From Amoebophrya sp. A120 (taxonomy: Eukaryota; Protista; Dinoflagellata): a stretch of DNA of 64,000 bases. The translations under genes and the position numbers were made by a program. Positions 50,286 through 62,183 of this stretch are shown here, piece by piece (position 1 is the stretch's first letter; each line of letters starts with the position of its first letter). Below the pieces are notes generated by a model. It was not told the DNA's origin and made no database searches. It worked only from the letters and a program-made list of their open reading frames with translations. The DNA lies in NCBI GenBank assembly GCA_905178155.1, contig CAJINV010000007.1:4048265-4112264 (forward strand), in the 5' to 3' direction.

Positions 50286-51101
50286 ATGGCGGCAAGCGAT
50301 GTTTGTATCAACGACCACATATCAGACGTGGAGTGTCTGAATGAGTCCGCGGATTTTCCAGTAAGAAACATCTTCCACAACTCCGAGGCCCCACTGAAAT
50401 CGGACGCGGATCACCAGTTGCTGATAAAGATCCAGTTTCGACAACCGGTGAAGATTTCAGGTACACGACCGAAAATATGCCGTCTTTGTTTGTCATGCAT
50501 ACTTACACATACTAGAACTAGAGCAGGTGCAGGTGCATTATTGCGATGCCGGTCTTATTTATTACGCATGAAGACAAAAAGAAAAACGAAACGATCTAAC
50601 TACACGACATCAGGTCTCCGCTTCTTTGGCGTCGAGGAGGAATCTTGCCCAACGGACGTAAAACTTTTCGTCAACAAACCAAGCTTGGGCTTTAGCGAAG
50701 CCGAGGACACACCAACAACACAGGATCTCTCCTTGGACCCAGCACAATGTACTACTTTCATTTTCAAAATTAGTGAAACTTTATATGACTATTTTCATTT
50801 CGATTTCAATTTCTTCTCGTGCTCATGGCGGCCTAATTTGTTATCATGCTGAGACATTAATTCCGCACTTCGGCAAAAACTAGCTGTTCCCCCATTATTA
50901 TCAACAGGTAACCTGATGGAGAAGAAGGATGTGATGTGTCCGGTGAAATTTGTGAAATTTCAGTCCGTCAACGCGTTGATTCTCTTCGTGCAGGAGAACA
51001 ACGGCGCGGACATCACGCAGTTGAAGAAGCTGGAAGTGTTCGGCACCGCGGCCGAAAACTCGGACATCACGGCCTGGAAGCCGTGCAAAAGCTGAGGCTA
51101 A
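50286..51101 (+). CDS. Stand-alone PITH-domain protein (TXNL1 C-terminal/PITHD1 family), possibly ending C-K-S-Sec-G; 3 exons
   Basis: VECLNES...LKSDADHQLLIKIQFRQPVKIS|G...PTDVKLFVNKPSLGFSEAED...VKFVKFQSVNALILFVQENNG...ITQLKKLEVFG. GT-AG introns 50461-50613 and 50749-50907. TGA 51093-51095, GGC, TAA 51099-51101. Confidence 0.88.
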
Positions 51102-52470
51102 GCCAGGACCGAAGATCATGTTTTATTCGAGGTCCTCGGGAGGTACAAGTACTCTTACCGTACGGGTGATTTGTTTGCTAGTTGTGCCTTTGATCCTCAG
51201 CTACCCATGCTGTGCAACGGCAATAGCATGATCACAGGTCGTGACCTCGAATAAAGATCTTCGTCCGCGATTAGCATTATGGAATTCTAGTAGTTGTAAC
51301 TCAATACATGTTGCTCGCTGCCTCCTTGGACATGTCCAAGCAGGACATGCGAGCGACTGCTGATGTGGTTTGTTTTCTACCTAATTTTTTGAAAATGTAA
51401 ACTACTCCACTAGTACGGGGATGGCGGTGCAGGGTCTTCTTGCCATTGTCGTACTTACTTTCGAAGAAACATATCCAGTCTCAAATCATTCTAAAAATGT
51501 GACGGCAAGAGTTGTTGATTGGCTTTGTAAACAGGGCAAAACTGCTTCAGTTGCAAAATAGAAGGCCGATTTCACTTTTTGCCTGATTTAGATTCTTTAG
51601 AGATGATATCAAGGTTTCTTCAAGATTAACAGAGAACTAGAGTGGGCAGAGTTCTCGATTTCACCCAACGAATGCGTAAGCGAATGCGCAGCAGCCCCAA
51701 CCTTCAAAACAAAAAGCGACCACTCCTAAGGACGCCGCGCGCTCCTGGCAACTAAGGTTAATGGCACTTGAGGTTAAAAATCAATACCAAGAAAGCATCG
51801 CTTTCAGGTACCAAAACATCTAAAGTAGGCACGTGGCCAGTTTCTTGCGAAAAGAAGCTGTGCCCGCGGTTTCGTTGACGAAGCGCGCTCGTGTTCACGA
51901 AAAGCAAAAGAATGTCGGAACGTATGATCTTTCTTTAGTGTGGTCGCAGTCGTTATCGCAGTCGTGTCGTTCTTACTACTAAATCAAACAAAAGTAGCAC
52001 AAGCACTAGTGGTAGTCAGCGAATGAGTTAGCGGTGAAATTCATCGCCTTGAATTATTGCCGTACTAGCCGAAATAAATCGTCGTCGTAAACTATAGTTG
52101 GATTAGAAAAAGGGCCAAGCGGATGGACAACGATCTGCCAGAGTGTTTCGTTCGGGTCGTTTGAGTCGTAAATGTGTCGTACCTACGCCACGGAGACAAC
52201 GTATGGTCGCGTGAAACTTCTTCGCATCAAATACTCATGTGCACACCTCGACCTCCACAAACCAGATGAGATCTTCATCGTTGACGGGACTGGTTAAACT
52301 CTGACTCTCGCTTAGATTGAAGTGCGCAATCGTATGGTACCAGAGTTTTTCGTTTTTTCTCGGCTGGTCTATCGAATGAAATCAAAATAAGATCGATCAA
52401 GAAAAAAGTTAGTTGAACATCAACTGGGGACAAGAAAGTTGACAGCTAAGACCAACTGCAACTCAATAAA

Positions 52471-53617
52471 ATGGGCACGATTTCGCCGCTCCTGGCGTTT
52501 CGCATCATGTATGTGACCCAAGCATTCGTGTGCTTCTGCTTGGGGTTCAAGCTGTTCTACGACAAGGCCAAGAAAAGCGAGCGGTTTATGGGGTTTCCGC
52601 AAGACGAGCGCATTTTGTACGGGGTCACCTTCTTGTTTCCGGTCGTTGCCGGCGTCTGTGCGGACACGGCGAACAACAAGATGATGGCAAAGAGCAGCAC
52701 CTGGATGGTCAGCATCGCGGCACTGCTTTTCTGGGCCATGGTAAATGTTAAAGGTTGTTTGTGTTTGAAAACGTTAGGTACTTACTCTTTTCTTTGTGCG
52801 CTCGGTCTCTTCGCGTTGAACACATATCAATTTAAAGAAAATTATTTTGCTGAAAGTGTTGCAGTAAGTACCAGTATCGGTTTCCATCCTGTCGCGCATG
52901 GGACTTTAGGACATCAACGACGTAAGGTGTGGTAGGAAAGCAGTTTTATTGCAAATGAAAATTTATCCTGCAAATCTCATGCAGGTTTTCCAAGAGTGCG
53001 TCTTTCCGGAAAACGCGAAATTCGATGCCGGAAGATATCGAGAGTGCAACTTCATAGCTGGTAACGATGCCATCTGCTCTCCAGTTGATATTTTTGTTTT
53101 CTGAGATGCAACTGATAATGACTGAGACTGAGAGCTGCAAATAAACGATAGACAAGCTGCTCGCGGCGGCGTCCTTTCAATTGGTAAAATTTTGTTCAGC
53201 TGCAGCAGGTACCTCCAGAACTAGCCGGCCACCACCCAGGCATGCAATAAATGCAACATATACGCAAATAAAAGTGATGAGAAAGCACGAAGCGAAGTAC
53301 AATTTTGCACGCTGCATAAAACACCGCTGATCCCGTTCACGGTCGGGGCCGGATGGCTGCAGCTGTTGTCCGCGATTTTTGTCGGGTTTCACGACATCCA
53401 CGCGAACCTGGCGGACACTATGGACCGGCACCACGAGGACTTGGCGACGTACTCCTTCCGCGGCGGGGGTAAGAAGATGCAAAATGCGAACACGGCGGGG
53501 TACTACGGCACCCTGAACCAGGGCATGGCCACGTGTATCCGAGCAAAATTTTTGGGTGTCAACTACCTTGTGGTCCACCTCATAAACTGGATTAGAGAAA
53601 ATGGGAACCGCGTTTAG
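52471..53617 (+). CDS. Multi-pass membrane protein of unknown function; probably 2 exons
   Basis: Hydrophobic ORF 52471 joins the ORF 53366 frame across element 52825-53318 (FALNT|PLIPFTVGAGWLQLLSAIF). Confidence 0.55.
52825..53318 (+). mobile_element. Degenerate introner-like intron (TAT...ATA, flanks ACACA/AAACA)
   Basis: Weak TIR (tat..aaaatt..tt.gct..gtg). Removing 499 nt is in frame. Confidence 0.6.
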
Positions 53618-55037
53618 TGTTGAAGGTCTACTGTGTTGGAGAAACTGCAGCACAGTATCTATACTGTTGTTGTCATGCCAGACGTTAATCTTGATAGCCT
53701 GAGCCTCTTTCATGAGGGACTCTTTCCCCTGCTAGCTATCTTTTAGTTGTATGCATGACAATTGACAACAGCTGGATGTCGTTGGCAGCTCATGATTTTG
53801 CTAGGACAACATGGGGGAACGACCCGTACACGAAGAAGAAGGACCCGTACGGCTATGATGAGGGCTACTACTACTAGGCGCATTTTAGAAGTAGAACCTC
53901 GAATCGCTTGCTGTTGATTGCCGTTTTCACCAGCGAAAAGTGGTTCGTAGTTGAACTAGAGTTACATAAGGAGCAGGGGAAATTCTCATAGCTCAGCTGT
54001 ATCTGATGAAGACAAAGACACGGTAACCAACACTTGAATTTTTCGAAGAAAGTTGCACCAGTAGCTTCAAAATAAAATTTCAAAGCGTCTACTCAGCACA
54101 TTTGCCTTTACCGTTTGCGCCTCTTAGTTGTGTGATGTTGACATCAAGTTTCCTTTATTATACACGAAGATTTGACGCACGTCTGTCTCTGTCATTGTAA
54201 GTGCGGCTATCTCCAGTTTTCTTTCTTGTCAGTTGACGTTTGACAAAATCGTAGGAAGTACTTAAATTATTTGGATGATGTTGAGAACCAAAGCTCTTTA
54301 CTGTATCTTACTACCGTTTTGAGTTTCGTTTAAAATTGAATCATCGCGACTCTCCATGCAAAATTGACTCAAAATTAGTTGGTATTGCTTCAGATCCTTC
54401 TAATGTTATGTTTTTTATGTACACAAATTGATATGTCGCAGGAGCCTGCGCCCAAAAATGATCAGGATTTCGTAAAAGATTTTTCATGTGGTAAGTTGAA
54501 GTTTGAAAGTGAAAAGCGGTGGAAAGCAGGGCATCGTCCTTGTCCTCTGGAACTACTGGTTTGTGGCCCAGACTGCACATTTGCATGCATCCATTCGGCG
54601 TCGTTCTCTCCTCTCTGTCTCCGTTTTAAAGGTGGCAAAAACAAAGTGATTTGGGGGAAAGCTAAGCTCACCGAGAGAGCATCGACAAAGGAAAAAAATT
54701 TTGCCTTGGGGGCGAAGGGTGATTGAGGTGAAGTTGAGGCAAGCCTAAACATATAGTACATTGAGAGGGTCTACTTACGTCTCAGAAAGCAGTAGACGAG
54801 GGGTTCGATGATAAAAAAAAAGAGGCTACTACTAGGTGGGAAGAGCGATAGCTTTCTTCACAGCGAGTCTTGGATGCTGAGGCAGATTGTGGAAGAAGTG
54901 CACGTACTCGTTCTACTAGACGAAGTATATGAGTAAATTATGATCAAGTGCCTAGTCCTCTTTGCAGCACGTCCTACTTAGAAGTTGCCTGCCGGTTCCG
55001 CAAGCGGCGGCGCCGGCGTTGCTCCTCTCGCCCGTAG

Positions 55038-58000
55038 ATGATGAGAAAACGCAGACGAAAGGCTTCGAAGATGACGGTTCTTTGTTCCCGGAGAGCCAAG
55101 TCGTTCCCAGCATCTCTACGTCCCACCGCATGTGCGACTTCTGTGCAGGGCACGAGCTCTCGGTGCGCCGCACGTGGTTCTTTCAGGACGAGTGTCTTCT
55201 CTATACTCGTCTCCGGTGCACTTGTAGTGACCACGGGCGTGCTGACGAGCCTACCTGGTGGAGCACAGGCGATACTGCCGGTCGAGCAGCAGGAACAGGT
55301 GAGAAGCAGGGGGGCACAGTATGTTGACACAGGGCTTCTAGTAGAAGCGGATAAGAACCACAAGAGCGATCACGTCCACGACGCCGCTGAGATTCTTTCT
55401 GACGCTGAGTTTCTGGACAAGAGTGACAAAAATCCTCCCGCCGCTGCCGCGCCCAGTAGCTTGCTCCGGAACGAACAAAAGCTTCCTGGTCGTCCGAATA
55501 AACTCGACTCCTTCTTTCTCGCGGAGCCGGAGTCGGAGAATCATGCGATGCACATACATAGCACTTCTGGTCGAACAGAGACGCAAGCTCCTTCCAGACC
55601 TCGCTTAACAGATCGATTTCGCGGGCGGCTTTCCACAGGAGAGGGAGATCAACCTAGAAGCAACAGCAACTCTGGTGACGGACGAAGTACTTGGAAGCAG
55701 GGAGGGACAAAAACTGTGCTGCGAAACTACGATAAATACAGACAAGAGAGAACACCAGCGGATGAAGAAAGTGGTCTTGTGCCTGTATCTGTCCTCACCG
55801 CAAAGGTAGAAGCTCCACCTCGTCCCACTGCTACGGCGCAACTCGTCTCCAAGAGCGTGGTATTGCCAAGAAGCAGACAGACAAGTAAAGAGAAAGACGA
55901 CGATGTTGCCCTCCAGACGACGCAAGCTTCATTTTCTTCTCTAGTAGAAAAAGTCCGTAAGATAAAAAACGACACCAGTACTATAACTTCTCCTTCATCT
56001 CCACGGGGAACAGGAACGAGCCCACACCAGCAGCTATTTTTCTTCGAAACCGGTAGCAACCCGCCGAGCTACCACTGCTTCGAGAGGTTAGAGGCAGACC
56101 AGGCCTACGGCTGCTACGGCATGCACACGGACGAGCAGGGCTGCAACGCAGACGCGAAGTGCTTTTGGGACAGCGGGAAGGCGGTGTGGCAGGCCTGCAA
56201 CGAAGGTAGCTATGAGGACCAGGCCATGACGACGGTCAGTGCGACCTGTGACGCTTTGTGCACGGACTTCTACAAGCTTTGTTACAACCTCGAAGCTGAC
56301 CAACCGGCGTACCAGTTTCACGGCCTGCAGTGCCAGTATGCGACGAACGACGCATGCAAAACGAAGCTCGACAACTACAAGCAGACCTGCGGGACCACGG
56401 CCGGTACGAACGCCGTACAGAACGCAGCGAACTTCGTCGACGGATTTTTCGCCTTGTGCACATCTGGAGGAGGGGGCGCTGGTACTAATAGTGGCAACGG
56501 TGAACTACAAAATACGGGTCCGCCGGCCAAGCAGTGCTGCGTGAAAAATGAACACAGCACATACGCGGAGGACCTGACGCAGCACACGTCTTGCAGCTCG
56601 CACGCTGACGAGGCGGCCTGTACCGCCGATGCCGACTGCTTGTACGAGTCCACGCCTCAAATTTGGTTTTTCTGTAACCAGCACAGCTACGATGACCAGG
56701 CGCAACAAGTGGTCGCGGACTGCGACACAAAGTGTTTAGACTTTTACGAAAAGTGTTGGAATCTGCAGCGCACGGACCTTTTCGCGAAGACGTTTCCGAA
56801 CCAGGGCGCAGTGTGCTCGCATACCGATGCGACGTGCCAGCAAGCCTTCATGAGCTGGAGCAACGCATGTGGTCCGACCGCCACGGCGCACCACATCGAA
56901 GACCCGCAATTCGTACAAGATCAAATCAGCCATTGCGCGACGAGTGACGCGCAGCAGGGCAGCAACGGGGGGCAGCAGTACAGTGGTGGAGGTGGTGGTC
57001 CGCCCCAGGAGAACTCGCAACCAACCATGAGTTGCTATGTCACCGATGAGGTGAATGCGGACCACGAACAGGCTTGCGGCACGAAACAGGACCAGCAAAG
57101 TTGTGTGCAAGATGCGAAGTGCTACTGGGGCAGCATGCCGAAAATTTGGTACCTGTGTGAATCCGGGAACAAAAAAGCGAGCGCACCGGCCGAGACCAAC
57201 CAAAATTGCGACGACATGTGCACGGATTTTTTTTCCTCCTGTTTGAATTTACCCAAAACCGCAACCATGCAAGAAGCGACGCAGCCCTGCCAATATTCTA
57301 CCGACGCTGGTTGCAAACAAAAAATCAACTCTTGGAAAAGCACGTGCGGAACTGGGGGCACTGACGCGATCGCAAATCCGATCTTCGTCGACCAATTTCA
57401 CCAGAGTTGCGTCCATGGAGGCGGGGGAGGTGGTGGTAACTACAATTCCGAAGGACCGCCACCGAAGCATTGTTTCGTCACCGACGAGGCCAACAAAAGC
57501 GAGAAAGCTACGTGCAGAAGCTTGCAGGACGAAACTACTTGCGTTGCCAACGCAGCCTGCTACTGGGACGTGTCCCCGAAAGTCTGGTCCGCGTGTCACG
57601 ACGAAAACAGTAGTGAGGACTGTAGAGATTTGTGCAAAGATTTTCACGTAGTCTGTTACGGCCTGAGCGCCACGGCTTTGGAAGTACAGGCCATGGACCC
57701 GGCCAACCCATGCCAGTTTTCGCAAACTGCGTGCGAAACACAAGTGAGCAACTACAAAAACACCTGCGGCACCGGAGGCACACCAGCGCCCAACTCAGAT
57801 CCGCACTTCGTCGATCAGCATTACGATAAGTGTGCAGCTGGAGGCGGTGGTGGAGGAGCGCAGCAGGGTGGGCCACTGGAGGAGGGCGGTGGAGCACAGC
57901 AGGGCGGTAACAACTCCCAACCTCCAGCACCGGAACCAGAGCCAGAGCAGATGCGCGCCTTCGAGATGGGAATGCAGTTTGACGACGGACAAACGGACAT

Positions 58001-61000
58001 TGACGCGCTTCTGGACGACACGGCGTTCAAGGATTCCATCGTAGCCGGGTTGCTGATACGCATTGCAAAAGTATGAGTATCCGATACTGGTAGGAATCAC
58101 ATGACAAAGTCTTGTGGAATCTGTCATGCTAATTTTGCCTATACAAAGGAAAGGAATGGGGTATATTGGTCAAGCATGAAGATGATGTTTCTTTGCGATT
58201 ATTAGCATTAGTACGAGTACGATACTTCTGCCGTGGATAGCTGAAGGTGTTCGAGGACGGCGGTGTCACAGACCTGTCGGCGGAGCAGTTCACGGAGGTC
58301 GTACTAACAGTAACTTCAGCGACCACTTCCACCGCTGCCACTGCATCTGCGTCTTCTCTCGCAGCCACAACAGGAGCAACAGAAACTTCCAAGAAAAAAT
58401 CAACCTCCACTACGAAGATCAGCGTGCAGTTTCAAATTAACTCGACGTCAACCGGTCAGGGCTCAACCCTGAACAACGTGTGGCCCTCCACGCCCCCGTC
58501 CCCCAGCGCCGGCGTTGCGGCCGTGTCCCCCCAAACCTCAGCGATCTACAACACCGTCGTGCAAGGCGTGACGAGCCAGGTAACCGCCGCGAGCATCCCG
58601 GGCGTCACTGGTGTGGTCGCCGCAACCGCCGTGCCAACGTCGACAGACCCGCAGTATTCCCCGCTTGGGCATGGCAAGGCAGGAAGCGGCGGGCAACCAA
58701 AGGCTACGCCGAAAGTTTTTTCCTTCAACGCACCGCACCCGATGACCAATGGGAAAGCGAAGATGCAGATGCAGGACGGGTTTAATTTAGGGTGTCTTCC
58801 CGGGGTCCGGGTGTACCCTATCGAGTTAGACGCGAACGACCTTGTGAAGCGGACCGATTACATGGTCACGATTTTCAACCAGGCTGGCTCCAGCTACAAA
58901 CACCCGCTCATGGACGTGCTCGAGTTCAAATACGACGCAACCCACACCACAATCAAGGACATAAATTTCGTAAAATGCAACGAGACCGAACAGTCCGCGA
59001 AAGACGTGCCATACCTCCCAATGAGTCACGGGACGATCAATCAGCAGACCTCGGGGTCTTCCGATTCCCAAGCAAAAGCCCTCCACGTTCTGCGACCTGA
59101 TAAACAAACAGTTCTGACCAAGCTGCAAGCGGTCGCTGCAAATGACAATCATCTTGACAGCGCGACGCAGCAAAAAATCGCGACTTTCCAAGAACTGGCG
59201 ATGCAGGCGCACAAGCCGGCGAACAGCACGGCATTGAGGGAAACAAAATTTGGAACCTACAACCTCGTTGGCTGGTATACACTGTTCACGACCTTCGGCG
59301 GCACTGTTTCCTGGCCCGGGGATCCGGACCACATTCTACTCGCGCAAGACCCGAGTACCTTAGACTGCGTTCTCGCCTTTTCGGGCCAGAACAACTACGA
59401 GACAGAGATGAAGCAAACACCTGATGGCGCAGCAGGACAAAAGTCACAAAACAGCTACGGTTCCGGCGTGGATCTCTGCGGCACGGGGCTGCACGTGCAT
59501 CAGGAGCATGCGGAGGAGATGGTGCGGCTGACAACCTGCGGGATCCCCCGACTCGGCGCACTGCTCTCCAGCTGCGCGAGCATTGAAGTCACTGGGCACG
59601 GGTTGGGCGGGGCGGTGGGGGACTTTTTCTACTACTGCGCGACCAATGGGGTGGAGGGGAATCGGGAGTTTGATTTGATCAAGAAGTATCTCCCCTTTGT
59701 CCGCACTCCGGCCGCCTTACCCAAGCTGCAGTTCTCCGACCACGTGGCGGAGACGGTAACCGCGAAGAGTCACCAGGACATGCTGAAGCAGTGCGAGGGC
59801 GACAAGGACAAAAAGCCGAATAACGGAAACAACAATCAGAATCAGAACCAGGTTGGCCTTCAGCCGCAACAACCCCCACCGGACAAGTGTTGGGTGAAAC
59901 TGGAGGCGTATGAGATTTTTGCAGAACTCGTCCCCCTGCTCCCCCTCGTTTGGAGGGCATGAACAGCAAGACAAACGCCAGCACCACATGGTGCCTGTGC
60001 ATGAAAAGTTCATATGCGACGTCCAGTGAGGTATTGTTTGGATTTGGGGTGCTACTTCCGGAATTTTTCATGTAAGCAATGCCAAAATGAGTCCTCTGTT
60101 CGTGTATCAGTATCTGGTGTTTTGCCTCAAAAAGTTGGGCTGAGGAAAGGAGCTGCGCTCTCTCATACGACGAACGAAGCGTACCACAGCACCTGTCAAA
60201 ACAAGCAGGACGAAAGCGCTTGCACCAACGACGTAAAGTGCTACTTTGACAAGAGTCCGAGAATCTGGCAGGTCTGTAACCAGGAGAGCTTGAAAAAATC
60301 CATGTTGCAAGTTGTCGCGGTGAACCAACTCTGTGACGACAAGTGCGTTTCGTTCTACACCGCCTGCTTCGATTTGACAAAGATGGACATGGAATCGGAC
60401 AGCATGGAGCGCGAGTGCAAGATTTCCAGCGAAGCCTGCCAAAAGCAGCTGGAAGATTGGAAGACCACCTGCGGGACCGGCGGGGCGGAGGAAGTAAAAG
60501 ACCCAGACTTCATCCACGACCACTACGACACTTGCGTGAAGGGAGACGCTGCCGCGCAGAATTTTTGCTGGGTGCGACGTAAAAAGGATTGGCTCAACGG
60601 CCAAACCTGCGGTCAGTTCAACACGGACAAGAAGAAGTGCAGGGACGTCGAAGCTACGCTCTGCAACAGTAGTATTTCATAGTTCAAGTTCTCATTGCTC
60701 CTCGTAATGACTTCTGACTGCAGTCGTGTTTATTAATTTTCTCTTTAGCAGGTTCTTGCATTCAGCATTCAGGATGCTGCGATGAAGTATTTGGTCCTTT
60801 GCTATGTTGTCTTCCTTCGCCACGGCCAGGAGGAGTGCGGATACTTAAACTACTACAACTACTTTTGTAAAAGAAGTGCATAGAAAACCAGAAGTGCATG
60901 TGGGAGCCGAAGTGGGCGGTGTGGCAGGCGTGTAACGACATGTCCGAGATCCATGACAAAACGCTCGCCGCGGCGGTCATTGGGGGCGACGTGGATGAAA

Positions 61001-62183
61001 AATGCTGGACGTATTGCAAAAACTTCTTCAGCAAGTGCTACCCAATTTTAACGATCAACGCCCCGGCGATAACCGAACACGAGAAGTGCCTGCACGAGGA
61101 AACCTCGTGCGCGGAAGCCATGACGGAGTGGGTCTCGGAGTGCGAGAAGATGCCGGGAAGACTGTCCGACTCCGCAAAAATGTCCATCCAGGAACACGCC
61201 GTCGACTGCGATTACTACGCCGGCAGCGACGATACACTGAAGCAATTTTGCCGCTACGAACCGGAGGGGATGTGCCGCAACTACTGCCAGGCCACCTGGA
61301 TGCAGTGCTACTTCAATGCGGACGTGGATCCGAATATCCACAGTCAATTTATTCCCGTACTTCACGACGTACAGATGCTGTCTCTGCATGACAAAGCTTG
61401 CCTTCGAAGGTCCTAGTTAGCATGACATCATTCAAGTGGAAAGATGCCCCAAGTTCGCGAAATTATTTGTGATGCGTTGTATAATTGTACATGATGTGTG
61501 GGAAGTTTACTGTAGGTACCGAAGGACGAGCAAGCGATGCTCGATTCCGGGTTGCTCTACAAGCCCGTGCCCAAGAACACATGGTGTCCCGAGTACACGC
61601 CCCAGTGCTATTGCAAGCTGCGGGACTGGGCGGTAGCGGCCGGCGGGAAATGTGTGTACGCAGACTATGACCTGCAGGTGCACGAGTCCTCCCTGGCGTC
61701 CATCCCCTTCACGTTTGGTTTCGCGGTATGGTAATTGCAAAAGTTGGGATCTGATAGTGCGACTCTTTCTCTTTGTCGTGTGCACCGCATGACAAACTTT
61801 TTTTGCAAGAACAAGAGGGAAAACACAATTAGTGATGCGTACTGAAGTAGATGCAGTACGTGCGGTGCAGCAGATTTGTAATGCAGTTCCGCGATGAAAA
61901 TAAATACGAGAGTAGCGCTAGTAGCGACACCAGAACTTCTGCAATCGGTTGATATATGGAGAATATGAAAGAAAACTGCGACAATTTCGACAACAACGGG
62001 CCCTACAAGCTGGCGAAGTTGAAGGACTTTTCCCAATGCTCCCTCAGCGTGCACGCGCGAAATTTGCGGACGGCAAAAGAGGGCGAAGTGGGTCCTGGGG
62101 GAATTTTTTACTCTCTCAACATGATGCAGAACTTCGTGAAAAAAATGTTTCTCGGCAGCGGACAGGACAAAGACGAAGGGTGA
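55038..62183 (+). CDS. Large secreted/surface Cys-rich repeat protein with SEA-like segment and lipase class 3-like domain; 6 exons
   Basis: N-terminal hydrophobic segment; six Cys-rich repeats (C-x5-C[FY]W...[VI]W..C...C..F...C); CVLAFSG...VH...IEVTGHGLGGAVG. GT-AG introns 58071-58246 and 61369-61515; non-canonical joins at 59909, 60632-60880 and 61727. Confidence 0.75.
59909..60167 (+). mobile_element. Introner-like intron (tatgaga...tctcata)
   Basis: Same terminal sequence as element 3967-4231. Removing 264 nt yields CWVKLEANEAYHSTC, the same length as paralogous repeat CFVTDEANKSEKATC. Confidence 0.8.
61727..61954 (+). mobile_element. Degenerate introner-like intron (TAT...ATA)
   Basis: attgcaaaagtt pairs with aacttctgcaat. 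Removing 233 nt gives FGFAENMKENC in frame. Confidence 0.65.

Noticed and set aside
25007-51101. Functional cluster of ubiquitin/proteasome and redox genes
   Set aside because: Interspersed with unrelated genes and these families are common; no evidence without synteny or co-expression data.
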